Source: Octopus sinensis (lineage: Eukaryota). From it: a DNA stretch of 64,000 nt. This document shows, piece after piece, positions 24,994 through 37,969 of the stretch; within the stretch, counting starts at the first letter, position 1, and each line of letters opens with the position of its first letter. The stretch covers positions 49,848,001-49,912,000 of the forward strand of contig NC_043014.1 in assembly GCF_006345805.1 (NCBI RefSeq), in the 5' to 3' direction. Under the pieces are notes generated by a model. It saw only the letters and a program-made list of their open reading frames with translations, had not been told where the DNA came from and did no database searches. The position numbers were made by a program, and so were the translations under genes.

Positions 24994-25493
24994 TCTTTTA
25001 TTTGTTTCAGTCATTTGACTGTGGCCATGCTGGAGCACCGCCTTTAGTTGAGCAAATCGACCCCAGGACTTATTCTTTGTAATCCTGGTACTTATTCTAT
25101 CGGTCCCTCTTGCCGAACCGCTAAGTTACAGGGACGCAAACACACCAGCATTGGTTGTCAAGCGATGTTGGGGGCACAAACACAAACACACACACACACA
25201 CACACACAATCATCATCATCGTTTAACGTCCGTTTTCGGCACTAGCACAGGTTGGACGGTTTGACCAGGGTCTGGGAAGCCAGGAGGCTGCACCAACATG
25301 CATATATATATACACATATACATATATACGACGGGCTTCTTTCAGTTTCCGCCTACCAAATCCATTTACAAGGCTTTTGGTCAGCCTGAGGGTATAGTAG
25401 AAGACACTTGCCCAAGGTGCCACGCAGTGGGACTGAACCCGGAACCATGTGGTTGGTAAGCAAGCTACTTACCACACAACCACTCCTACGCCC
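24994..25493 (-). mobile_element. SINE family A containing a family C fragment (25209-25298)
   Basis: Both consensus sequences are recognisable. Confidence 0.88.
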
Positions 25494-25830
25494 TGATTAC
25501 TATTTTACTCAACTGGCCCCTCATAGACAGTCATTATTTTTTTAAAATCCTATTTTTATAATTATTATTAGGAATTGTTTTTAAATAATTTGTTAAAATA
25601 TTTTGTGCATTGTAGAAGTATAACCAAATTACTGGACATAAATTTTAATGACAAAATCTAATATGGATTCCCAAGGGTCAGCTGGACCCTGGTTGAGGAC
25701 CCCTGAATTAGGTGGGAGTTAAGGTGTGAGAGAATAGGTTGGGAGTAGAGCAGATTTGTGTAGTAGAGGATCCACAGAACTATTGACATTTAAGAGTGAG
25801 AGAGAGAATGAAGGGCTTCTTTCAGTTTCT

Positions 25831-26060
25831 TATTTCTTTACTACCCACAAGGGGCTACACACAGAAGGGACAAACAAGGACAGACAAACGGATTAAGTCA
25901 ATTATATCGACCCCAGTGCGTAACTGGTACTTATTTAATCGACCCCGAAAGGACGAAAGGCAAAGTCGACCTTGGCGGAATTTGAACTCAGAACATAGTG
26001 GCAGATGAAATACCGTTAAGCATTTCGCCCGGCGTTCTTAACGATTCTGCCAGCTCGCCG
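25831..26060 (-). mobile_element. SINE B inserted into a SINE A
   Basis: 17-bp TSD ggcttctttcagtttct at 25814-25830 and 26061-26077. Confidence 0.9.
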
Positions 26061-26347
26061 GGCTTCTTTCAGTTTCTGTCTACCAGATTCACTCACTTGA
26101 GTTGGCTTGAGGTTATAGTTGAAGGAACTTGCCCAAGGTACCACGCAGTGGAACTGAACTTGGAACTGTGTGGTTTGGAAGAAAACTTCTTACCCCACAG
26201 CCATGCATGCGCCTGTGTGTGTATATTTATATATTTACATACACACAAACACACGTGTAACATTGTCATTATCCTTTGATGTCCATTTTTCCATGTTTGC
26301 ATGGGTTTTACATAATTTGATGCCATGATAAATACACTAACCCAGTA

Positions 26348-26764
26348 ATGAAGGTAGCGAGCTGGCAGAAACGTTAGCACGCCAGGCGAAATGCTTAGCA
26401 GTATTTCATCTGTTGTTACGTTCTGAGTTTAAATTCCACCAAGGTCGACTTTGCCTTTCATCCTTTCGGGGTCGATAAATAAAGTACCAGTTTTGCACTA
26501 GGGTCGATGTAATCGACTTAATCTCTTTGTCTGTCCTTGTTTGTCCCCTCTGTGTTTAGCCCCTGTGGGTAATAAAGAAATAGGTATTTCGTCTGTTGTT
26601 ACGTTCTGAGTTCACATTCCGCCGAGGTCGACTTTGCCTTTCATCCTTTCTGGGTCGATAAATAAAGTACCAGTTTTGCACTGGAGTCGATGTAATCGAC
26701 TTAATCCCGTTGTCTGTCCTTGTTTGTCCCCTCTATGTTTAGCCCCTTGTGGTCAATAAAGAAA
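26348..26764 (+). mobile_element. Dimeric SINE B
   Basis: Junction aaagaaata|ggtatttcgtc at 26582/3. One 19-bp TSD taaatacactaacccagta at 26329-26347 and 26765-26783. Confidence 0.92.
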
Positions 26765-27053
26765 TAAATACACTAACCCAGTACACACTGCAAAGTAACT
26801 GATAATAAGAAGAGCATCCAGCTACCCATACCAAACCAGAGATGAAAGATAGGAGGGAAGAGATGTCGTTCTCCAACCTATTTTACACAATAAATCCAAA
26901 CGAGGATTAACTTGCAGTATAAGAACCCATTTAATCGATTCTAGCATGGAAAGTAGATGTAAAATGATGATGATGATATACATAAGGTGTAAAGCACATT
27001 GTTTTGATTTTCTTGTAAAAATGCTATTCTATACACTGCTGCAAGGAATCTCA

Positions 27054-28058
27054 TGATGGTGCCGCACAAAGAGCACTGGTGATTGTGCCATACAAAAAGC
27101 AATGGTGATGGTGCCACACAAGAAGCACTGGTGATGGTGCCACACAAAGAGCACTGGTGATGGTGCCACACAAAGAGCACTGGTGATGGTGCCACACAAA
27201 GAGCACTGGTGATGGTGCCACACAAAGAGCACTGGTGATGGTGCCACACAAAAAGCACTGGTGATGGTGCCACACAAAAAGTACTGGTGATGGTGCCACA
27301 CAAAAAGTACTGGTGATGGTGCCACACAAAAAGTACTGGTGATGGTGCCACACAAAAAGTACTGGTGATGGTGCCACACAAAAAGTACTGGTGATGGTGC
27401 CACACAAAAAGTACTGGTGATGGTGCCACACAAAAAGTACTGGTGATGGTGCCCACCACAAAGTATGTGATTGTGCCACACAAAAATTACTGGTGATGGT
27501 GCCACACAAAAATTAGGTGATGGTGCCACACAAAAAGTATGGTGTGATGTGCCGCACAAAAAGTACTGGTGATGGTGCCACACAAAAAGTACTGGTGATG
27601 GTGCCACACAAAAAGTACTGGTGATGGTGCCACAAAAAAAGTACTGGTGATGGGCACACAAAAATTATGGTGATGGTCCACACAAAAGTACTGGTGATTG
27701 CCACACAAAAGTACTGGTGATGGTGCCACACAAAGAGCATGGTGATGGTGCCACACAAAAAGTACTGGTGATGGTGCCACACAAAAAGTACTGGTGATGG
27801 TGCCGCACAAAAAGTACTGGTGATGGTGCCACACAAAAAGTACTGGTGATGGTGCCACACAAAAAGTACTGGTGATGGTGCCACACAAAAAGTACTGGTG
27901 ATGGTGCCACACAAAAAGTACTGGTGATGGTGCCACACAAAAAGTACTGGTGATGGTGCCACACAAAGAGCACTGGTGATGGTGCCACACAAAAAGTACT
28001 GGTGATGGTGCCACACAAAAAGTACTGGTGATGGTGCCACACAAAAAGCATTGGTGAT
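27054..28058. repeat. 26-bp minisatellite, about 38 copies (ggtgatggtgccacacaaaaagtact)
   Basis: Direct reading. Variant unit has aaagagcact. Confidence 0.97.
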
Positions 28059-29685
28059 GGTTGATTGGTTAATTGCGTATTGTCAAAGACAAGGGAGAAT
28101 CTGTCATTTCTTGCTAATCTAGAATTGCCTGTTAGCATCATCATCATCATCATTGTTTTAATGTCCACTTTTCCAGGCTAGCATGGGTCAGACAGGATTT
28201 GTTGAGGCAGGTTTTTCTACGGCCAGATGCCTTTACTGTTGCCAACCCTCACCTGTTTCCAAGCAAAGTAATATTTCCCCCATGGTCACATGTTTCTCAC
28301 ACAGAAGACTAGAAAAGAATGATGATGCTTGTATGATGCTGGCACTCACAACCATCATGTGACATCAGTACAAGGTGACAAACACACATACACACATTTA
28401 CATACGGATAGATAGTCAGATAGGTAGATATAGGTATAAATATAAGTTTAGCAAATAATTCTTGATATAATCACAATACTTAAAAATAAGGTACCAATCA
28501 CATATTGAGTCAATGCCCTTGTACCAAATTTCAAGCGGCAATCTTACACATAATATATTTTTCACTGTTGGTGGCAGCTCCAGGTAAGATAGACCCCTGT
28601 TTTACAAGGTTGTTTCATGGAGTAAAAAAACCCCAAAGAAAACAGCTCAATTTCCCATCTGTAGTAGGCATAAGTTTTGTTATTGATTTTGGGTGAGTGG
28701 GGGTGGGATTACATTTTAATTGCTGACAAAATACAGTATTTACGCACACGTGTGTGTGTGTGTGTATGTGTATATATATATGTTCTACATTGGTATATAA
28801 AGGATATAGATTTGCTTATAAGTACTGAAGTTTTTCCCTCTTCTTTGTTAGTAGGCACAAGCATTTTCACACACACATGTACGCACACGCAAGGATAAGA
28901 ACTGGGCTTACAAAGAATAAGTCCTGGGTTCGATTTCCTCGACTAAAGGCGGTGCTCCAGCATGGCCACAGTCAAATGACTGAAACAAGTAAAAGAGACA
29001 GCTCAGTTGGTCAGGCCATGTGTCATGTATAGACAAATCCGAACGATGTGGGGGAGGCACAGCGCAGTGCTCAGGGGGGGAGGTGTGAAAGACAGCATCC
29101 AGACTGCTTCAAGCAGCTGTAGAGAATAAGAAATGCCCCACCACTTCCTACATTTGACCAAAGCCTACATATTTGCTGAAAGTGCACCTGGTTTCCTTAC
29201 ATGGCCACTTAAAGGCTTGATGTCCTTCCTCGTGATCTTTGGACACAAAGAACTGCCGTCGTGTGATAATGAAGCAACTCATTAAAACGTTCGTGGAGTC
29301 TGCTCTGGTGTGTTATGGCCATCTCTGTCTGGTTGGATAATGAGATGAGTCATGGCTACATGTCATTGATGTTTAGCACCCCAGGTCAACCTAATACATA
29401 TTGAGGACCAATGACATTCTAACCACAAGCACCCAGTCTTTTTTTTTTTTTTTTTTGCAGACTTCATGTACGTCTCTAGGACTACATCTAGCTAATTTGT
29501 TCTTCTTTTTGTAGATTATGAAAGCTTTCACTGCTATTTCTAGCGATTTGATCAATCACTAAGAATTTCTTATGTCCTGTATCATTCCAGAGGTGAAACA
29601 TTGTCAGTTTACATTTAACTTTATCCATGTGACCACCCCATCTTAATGGTGTGTCCGTTGTAAGATGATTATTTCATGGTTTAAT

Positions 29686-30395
29686 AATCAGGCGGCGAGC
29701 TGGCAGAATCGTTAGCACGCCAGGCAAAATGCGTAACCGTATTTCGTCTGCCGTTACATTCTGAGTTCAAATTCCACCGAGGTTGACTTTGCCTTTCATC
29801 CTTTCAGGGTCGATAGATTAAGTACCAGTTACGCACTGGGGTCAATGTAATTGACTTAATCCGTTTGTCTGTCCTTGTTCTGTCCCCTCTGTGTTTAGCC
29901 CCCCTGTGGGTAGTAAAGAAATAGGTATTTCGTGTACCGTTATGTTCTGAGTTCAAATTCCGCCGAGGTTGACATTACCTTTCGTTCTTTCTGGGTCGAT
30001 AAATTAAGTACCAGTTACGCACTGAGGTTGATATAATCGGCTTAATCCGTCTGTCTGTCTTGTTTGACCCCTCTATGTTTATCCCTTTGTGGGCAATAAA
30101 GAAATAAGAGAGTTATCTATCAACCTGCCTAAATGAAACTGTGGCTGCACAAGGGTTAAGATCTTAAAATGTGAAAGAAGTTCGTTAGCAAGCCGGGTGA
30201 AATGCTTAGCGGTATTTCGTTTGCCGTTACGTTCTGAGTTCAAATTCCACCGAGGTCGACTTTGCCTTTCATCCTTTCGGGGTCGATAAATTAAGTACCA
30301 GTTACGCACTGGAATCGATATAATCGACTTAATCCCTTTGTCTGTCCTTCTTTGTCCCCTCTATGTTTAGCCCCTTGTGGGCAATAAAGAAAACA
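29686..30395 (+). mobile_element. Composite SINE B: dimer + ~75-bp spacer + third 5'-truncated copy
   Basis: One 19-bp TSD gattatttcatggtttaat at 29667-29685 and 30396-30414. Confidence 0.88.
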
Positions 30396-30838
30396 GATTA
30401 TTTCATGGTTTAATGGTGGGAGGAGAGGCAGGGGCGTGCCCCTAACCATTGCAGTCATCATAGACGGTTTATGTTGATGCAGTTCATGGCTGCCTCGAAC
30501 ATCTGTGTGTTGGTAAATGCATAAAAAATGTATGGAGGTGGGAATTCCAAAAAAGCCAACATTCTGTGGTGATGGGATTGGCCCCTCTAATTCTAAAACC
30601 GTTACAAAATTGTTTTTCAACAGTAACTTAGTTATTCCAGCTGTTATCATCATCCCAGTTCATACTTACATACATACATGCATGCCATTGGCACCATTGT
30701 GTGGTTAGAAGTTTGCTTCCCAACCAAATGGTTTCAGGTTCAGTTCTACTGTGTGGCACCTTGTGAAAGTGTCTTCTATTATAGCCCTAGGCCAACCAGA
30801 GCCTTGTGAGTGGATTTGGTACACAAAAACTGATATTA

Positions 30839-30876
<38 letters not shown>

Positions 30877-30878
<2 letters not shown>

Positions 30879-31199
30879 GTGAGGGCGCGTGGCTAGTGGT
30901 TAGGGCATTCGGCTCATGATCGTAAGGTTGTGAGTTCGATTCCCGGCGACGCGTTGGTGTCCTTGAGCAAGACACTTTATTTCACGTTGCTCCAGTCCAC
31001 TCAGCTGGCAAAAAATGAGTTGTACTTGTATTTCAAAGGGTCAGCTTTGTCACTCTCTGTGTCACGCTGATTATCTCCGAGAACTACGTTAAGGGTACAC
31101 GTGCTGTGGAATGCTCAGCCATTTGCACGTTAATTTCACGAGCAAGCTGTTCCGCTGATCGTATCAGCTGGGACCCTCGTCGTCGTAACTGGCGGAGTC

Positions 31200-31200
<1 letters not shown>
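30877..31200 (+). mobile_element. SINE with family E head and family D tail
   Basis: Head atgtgagggcgcgtggctagtggttagg. The 3' half matches the SINE D gtatttcaaaggg...gtcgtcgtaac tail. Confidence 0.85.
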
Positions 31201-31286
<86 letters not shown>

Positions 31287-31288
31287 CA

Positions 31289-31337
<49 letters not shown>

Positions 31338-31349
31338 ATATATATATAT

Positions 31350-31653
31350 TGGGGCACAATGGCCCAGTGGTAGGGCAGCGGACTCGCGGTCGTAGGATCG
31401 TGGTTTCGATTCCCAGACCTGGCTTTGTGAGTGTTTATTGAGCGGAAACACCTAAAAGCTCTATGAGGCTCTGGCAGGGGGTGATGATCCCTGCTGTACA
31501 CTTTCGCCACAACTTTCTCTCACTCTTTCTTCTGTTGGCCTGCTCACTTAGCCAGCAGGGTGGCATCATTCGAAGGCTAAAACAATGCAAACGCATTGTG
31601 ACCAGCGATGTGTACCAACATCTGATGGTCTGGTCAGTCACGTGATCACATGA
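31350..31653 (+). mobile_element. SINE with family D head and a different tail
   Basis: Matches D up to ctttctctcactctt, then tggcatcattcgaaggctaaaacaatgc...cattgtgaccag, a tail also seen reversed at ~24215-24305. Confidence 0.85.
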
Positions 31654-32575
31654 TATATATATATATATATATATATATATCATCATCATCATCGTTCCAC
31701 TCATGAGGGAGAGAGGATCTTTTCTGCACCACCACTACCACCACCTCATGTGCACGCACACACACACACACACACCCAGAAAGAATGAAGTAAAAGTGAC
31801 CCACGGAGCCACATAAACAACATAGCGTGGGTGGAACTATATATGTTTTGCGTTTGTCCCCATCATTGCTTGACAACAGGTCTGGATGTTAATGCCCTTG
31901 TAACTTAGCAGTTAGACAAGAGAGAGCAATAAAATGAGGACCAGACTTCAAAAAGAGAGAAGTTCTGGGGCTTATTTGTCCAACTAAATTTTTCAAGACA
32001 GTGCCCCAGCATGGTCACAATGACTGAAACAAGTAAAAAATACATGCACACACACACACGCACATGCACACACATACACATACACCTTTTGGTTAATGAG
32101 CTGGAGAAAGAGTACTCAATATAGACATAGAGTACAGTTGTTTATTTAGGCTGGTCCTCTCTCCAGTTGTCTGTTTTGGCAGGATTCCTATGGCTGGGTA
32201 CCCTTCCTAATGCCAGCTACTTTCCAGTGTACCAGGTGGTTTTTATGTGATGCAGGCAGGACTGCTTCTTATGTGGCCCCAGAACAGGTGTCTCTTGCGT
32301 GGTGCTAGAATTGATGCCTTTTACATAGCACTGGCACAGGTGCTGTTTATGTGGCTCCATGGGTCACTTTTATTTCATTCTTTCTGGGTGTGTGTGTGGA
32401 GAGGGGTGCATGCGCATGAGGTGGTGGTAGTGGTGGTGGTGCAGGAAAGATCCCTTCTCCCTCACGCCACCCATCCCTCGCTAATTTTCCAAACTTTTAT
32501 TTGAAATCTCTGTCATTACTTGTGGAGATATCAGCAGCACCTTTGAAATAATAATGGCACAGGTGTGTGTGTGTG

Positions 32576-32880
32576 CATCATCATCATCATCGTTTAACAT
32601 CCATTTTCCATGCTGTCATGGGTTGGACGGTTTTACTGGGATCTGGGAAGTCAGGAGGCTGCGCCAGGCTTCAGTCTGATCTGGCAGTGTTTCTACAGCT
32701 GGATGCCCTTCCTAACGCCAACCACTCCGTGAGTGTAGTGGGTGCTTTTTACGTGCTACCTGCACAGGGGCCAAAGGGAGCTGGCAAATGACCACAATCG
32801 GTTGGTGCTTTTTACAAGTCACCAACACGGACGCCAATCAGGCAACGCTGGCATCAGCCACGTTCTGATGGTGCTTTGTC
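32576..32880 (-). mobile_element. Family C copy
   Basis: (cat)n tail plus core motif. Confidence 0.85.
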
Positions 32881-33477
32881 CCTATCCTTCATATTCACAC
32901 ACATCCTTGCTCACTCCTTGTCTCTCAGTCTCCCTTAAACTCTTGCAACTTCTACCTATCCAACACTCCAGCTTCTTCTCTCCCCATTTTCTTCTACTCA
33001 CTTCATACCTTAAGGGTCCACCCTAACACCTCATCACCACATCCTCTCATCTGAAATGTCAGTAGCCACATAGCTACTCAGTGCATTTCTCTCATACTTT
33101 AACCCCTTCGACTCTTAGCATAACCCCTGCCCTTCCTTGAGAGTTTCCAGTCTTGTGAGTTGCATGGTGACCTCACTTATATTAATAGCACAAAAATGCA
33201 CCCAGTGTATGTTGTCAAGTGGTCAGCATTGGGAAGGACATGTAACCATAGAAACGATGCCAAAGCAGATGCTAGATCCAAATGCAGTCCTTGGATCTAT
33301 CTGATCTTGTGCAAACATCCAATCCATGGAACGTGGATGTGAAGTGATGAGGATATTTATGGCTGTGTGCTTGCCAACCACCTGGTTTCAGGGCCATTCT
33401 CACTGCGCACTGCAATGGGCAAGTGACCAAAGCCTTGCGAGTGACTCTGGTGGATGGCAAATGAAAGAAGCTCATTA

Positions 33478-33762
33478 TATCATCATCATCGTTTAACGTC
33501 TGTTCTCCGTGCTAGCATGGGTTGGACGGTTCGAACCGGGATCTGGGAAGCCAGGAAGCTGCACCAGGCTCCAGTCTGATCTGGCAGTGTTTCTACAGCT
33601 GGATGCCCTTCCTAACGCCAACCACTCCGTGAGTGTAGTGGGTGCTTTTTACGTGCCACCAGCACAGGTGCCAGGGGAGTCTGGCAGCGGCCACGATCGG
33701 TTGGTGCTTTTTACGTGCCACCGGCACAGAAGCCAGTCAAGGCGGCGCTGGCATCGGCCATG
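33478..33762 (-). mobile_element. Family C copy
   Basis: (cat)n tail, core motif and internal modules. Confidence 0.88.
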
Positions 33763-34754
33763 TATATACATGTGATTGTATATTTTTGTATGTGTGTGTC
33801 TATGTACATTCAGATGCATGTGTGTGTGTGTGCATGTCTTCTCTTTTACTAGTTCTTCAGTCTTTGGGCTGAGGCCATGCTGGGGCACTGCTCTGAAGGG
33901 TTTAATTGAACAAATCAACTCCAGTGCTCATTTTATAAAAGTCTGGTTTTAATTCTATTGATCTCTTTTGTTGAACCACTAAGTCAGGGAACCAACACTG
34001 GTTGCCAAGGGGACCAACACTGGTGGAGGACACACACACACACATATGTCAGGCTTCCACACAGTTTCCATGTCCCAAATTCACCTCACAAGGCTTTGGT
34101 CAACCCAGGATTATAGCTGAAGACATTTGTGCAATATACTATGCAGTGGGATTGACACACAAACATATACACCATGGGCTTCTTTCAGTTTCCGTCTACC
34201 AAATCCACTCACAAGTCTTTGGTCGGCCCGATTCTATAGTAGAAGACACTTGCCCAAGGTGCCACACACACAAATTTTTTTTTGAGACAGTAGTTTGTGA
34301 TTTGAGGGAGATCTAGCTGCTATTTCTTGTTGTTTCACATACAGGTTCCAAATTTTATCAACTCAGTGTGTAGGGTTTCTAATTGTGACTACCCCATGCT
34401 TATTGTGGGCCCTGTTTATCTTTGAATCTGAAGTATAAACCAGCATCTAACTTCAAAGAAATTCTCTAGCATTAGACTGAAAGGAACCCCAAACTGACAG
34501 GATCTTTGAGACTTTCCACTCATGACCATCATGTCCTAAGATGCAATTAATCTCATGTGCAGTTCCCATTTTGTTTTATTTAAAGCAGTGTGATGTTAGT
34601 TTAGGGTGACTTGGTTCCTATTTCTTTGAAGGACACATTGGATAATTTATTCTCGGGTATATATTGCCTGGTAAAAGTAGACAGGATGGGCATAACTGGA
34701 ATGTCTTTGATCACGTTTACCTAAACATGGTTTTGCAATGAGGCTAAACAACTG

Positions 34755-34915
34755 TTGAGTCTCTATCTCAATGTGTATGCCTCTCTCTTCCTCTCTCTCT
34801 CTCTCCACACTCACATGAATATATCCATCTGTCTATATTTTTATCGTATTAAATCTATCTCTATCTATCTGTCTGTCTGTCCGTCACTCTATCTCTGTCT
34901 TCCTATGTTTGTCTC

Positions 34916-34967
<52 letters not shown>

Positions 34968-35105
34968 CATACACACACACCCACACACACATATATATAT
35001 ATCTGTCTCCCTCTATGTCTCTCTCTTTATGCTTGCCTCTCTCTCTCTCTCTCTCTTTCTCTCTGTCTGTCTGTCTGACTATCTGTCTTTCTATGTTTAT
35101 CTCTC

Positions 35106-35152
<47 letters not shown>

Positions 35153-35153
35153 C

Positions 35154-35186
<33 letters not shown>

Positions 35187-35330
35187 CTGTCTCCCTTTAT
35201 GTCTCTCTCTTTATGCTTGCCTCTCTCTCTCTCTTCTCTTTCTCTCTGTCTGTCTCTCTCTTCTCTTTCTCTCTGTCTGTCTCTCTCTCTCTCCCTCTGT
35301 CTGTCTGTCTGTCCTTCTCTCAGAATAAGA
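34755..35330. repeat. (CT)/(TA)/(CA) compound microsatellite with a ~170-bp internal duplication
   Basis: atctgtctccct.tatgtctctctctttatgcttgcctctc occurs at ~35001 and ~35185. Confidence 0.85.
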
Positions 35331-35392
35331 AAATATATCGCAATGCCTCAACATTTCACTCTCTCTCTCTCTGCCAATGTGTCGGTATAAAC

Positions 35393-35431
<39 letters not shown>

Positions 35432-36490
35432 ACACTTGTGTGTGTGTGTGGCATTTCTGTGTTGTGTGGTTCAGTGGAAAAGAAATGGTGAAAAAAAACT
35501 AACTGTGGAATACTGGAATTGTTGGATTGATTAGTAATAGTGGTTCTTTAGACTGGTGAGCGAAGCGAGTGAGCGACTGAGTGGAGGCAGTGCTTGTAGC
35601 TCTGCCATGTGTGTGTGTGTGTGTGTGTGTGTGAATGGTATTAGCATTTAAAGCAACGCAGGCCAAAGAGAGAGAGAGAGAGAGAGAGACTCTTAAGATA
35701 TCTGCATGGGAGTGGATGTGAACTCTCTATGATATATACATACACACACACACACATCACACACGAGCAGCCATGTTGTAATAGTAGTAGTAGTAGTAGT
35801 GGTGGTGGTGGTGGTGGTAGTGGTGGTGGTAGTAGTAGTAGTGGTGGTGGTGGTGGTGGTGGTGGTGGTGGTAGTAGTAGTAGTTATATTCTTCAACATT
35901 AGCTTGCAGTCTCACAGTTGCTGCTTGTACTACTATTACCACCACCACTACCACCACCACCACTACTACTACTACTAACTACTACCATTGCTGCTGCTAC
36001 TACTACTACTACTACTGCTGTTATACAAGCATATTGTCTGTGCAGTCTCTATGGTATGTCTATATCATTGTGACATTGGAACCTTTTGTGGGAGCCCCCC
36101 CCCCGTAAGGGGGTGGGGTGTGGGCGTTTGTTTGCCGTGAAGGGGGTTGTAGGAGGGGCGGGGTACGAGTAGCTGTTGACTAAATTGAAATTCCCAGAAA
36201 TGTCGTCGTCGTTGCCGTTGCCATCGTCTTGATGTGCAGTTTTCTGCGCTTGCATGGGTCGGGCGGAATTTGTTGAGACAGATTTTTTTTTTCTCTCTGG
36301 CCGGATGCCCTTCCTGTTGCTAACCCTCCCCTGTTTCCAAGTAAGGTGTGGATATTTCTTTCTCCTTGGACAGATATATGTTTCCAATGGAAAAATCGGA
36401 AATGAAGGACAACCACTTGTTTACAACCATCATGCGATATCAAAAGCAAGGTGACAAGAAGGTGCACTCGTGAACAGACACGTGCACAGT

Positions 36491-36526
<36 letters not shown>

Positions 36527-36569
36527 CACACACACATGAGGTAGTCCTGAAAAATTCCTGGTTTTAAGG

Positions 36570-36796
36570 GCCTGGCAGAAACATTAGCACGCTGGGCGAA
36601 ATGTGTAGCCGTATTTCGTCTGCCGTTACGTTGTGAGTTCAAATTCCGCCGAGGTCGACTTTGCCTTTCATTCTTTCGGGGTCGATAAATTAAGTACCGG
36701 TTACGCACTGGGGTCGATGTAATCGACTTAATACCTATGTCTGTCCTTGTTTGTCCCCTGTGTGTTTAGCCCCTTGTGGGTAGTAAAGAAATAGGT
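36570..36796 (+). mobile_element. SINE B ending just after the dimer junction
   Basis: Ends gggtagtaaagaaataggtatt. Confidence 0.88.
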
Positions 36797-37001
36797 ATTA
36801 CGAAAGGCCTGGTTGAAGGTCCAAATTCCTGAGCTTTTTATCAGGGCTTAGAAAAACTGAAGGACCACAACAATAAGTGTGTAAGTCTGAGAGGATAAAA
36901 TTGTTGAATAAAATCATAATTAACTGATCCTCCTGTATTTTCTTTTGCCCCAAACCAGGAACTTTTCGGCACCTCCTCATGTGTGTGTGTGTGTGTGTGT
37001 G

Positions 37002-37182
37002 TTTTCCTCCGTCTTCCCTTCTCTGGATCTTTCCTTCTCCTATGTTTCCGACGAAGAGCTCCGCTCGAAACGTAAAACCCTCCTTCTTCCCTTCCTTCCT
37101 GAGCGTCCAATAATACTAAATTTGTTCCACGTCCTCGTGTTGTGTTTTCTCTTTGTGTTTTCATATTTGGATTAACTATATA
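37002..37182 (+). mobile_element. Penelope-like terminal-repeat remnant (family P1) with hammerhead-like motif
   Basis: gttt-ccgacgaa-gagc-tcc-gctc-gaaa-cgta-aaac at 37044-37078. Confidence 0.6.
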
Positions 37183-37969
37183 TCATCATCATCATCATCA
37201 TCGTTTAATGTCCGTTTTCCGTGCTAGCACGGGTTGGACGGTTTGACCGGGGTCTGGGAAGCCAGGGGCTGCACCAGGCTCCAGTCTGATCTGGCAGTGT
37301 TTCTACAGCTGGATGCCCTTCCTAATGCCAAAATACAAAATGGGACAAGAACGAAAACATCCAGAAGACGATACAAGAAACATGGACGGGTCATTCGAAG
37401 CCTTTAATCTTCAGTCAAGAACTGGATCATCCTTGCAATTTCGGCTGATTAATCTACTATAGCCTTGGGCCAACCAAAGTCTTGTGAGTGGATTTGGTAG
37501 ACAGAAACTGAAAGAAGCCTATCGTGTGGGGGGTGTATATAATATATCATATATATATATATATATATATTACTATATATATAAATATATATATGTGTGT
37601 GTGTTTGTGTGTGTGTGTGTATATATATGTGTGTGTGTTGTATATGTGTGTGTGTGTGTGGTGTGTGTGTGTGGTATATATATATGTGTGTGTGTGTGTA
37701 TATATATATATGTGTGTGTGTGTGTCATCTCTGTTTATGTCCCCATAACTTAGCGGTTCGGCAAAAGAGACCAATGGAATAAGAGGCTTGAAAATAAGTA
37801 CTAGGGTTGATTCATTCAGCTAAAAAAATTGGATGCCGATCGTTGTGATTAGCCATCTCTGGAAATCAACTGAGGTCTAATATGGTATCCACCTGGATAA
37901 TATATCCCTTCAGACTCACTTTTATATAATATATGCATGCATACATACATACATACATACATACATACA

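Noticed and set aside
26941-28168. Six long minus-strand ORFs (152-210 aa, Cys/His-rich)
   Set aside because: They are translations of the 26-bp minisatellite in all three frames, with no splice or homology support.
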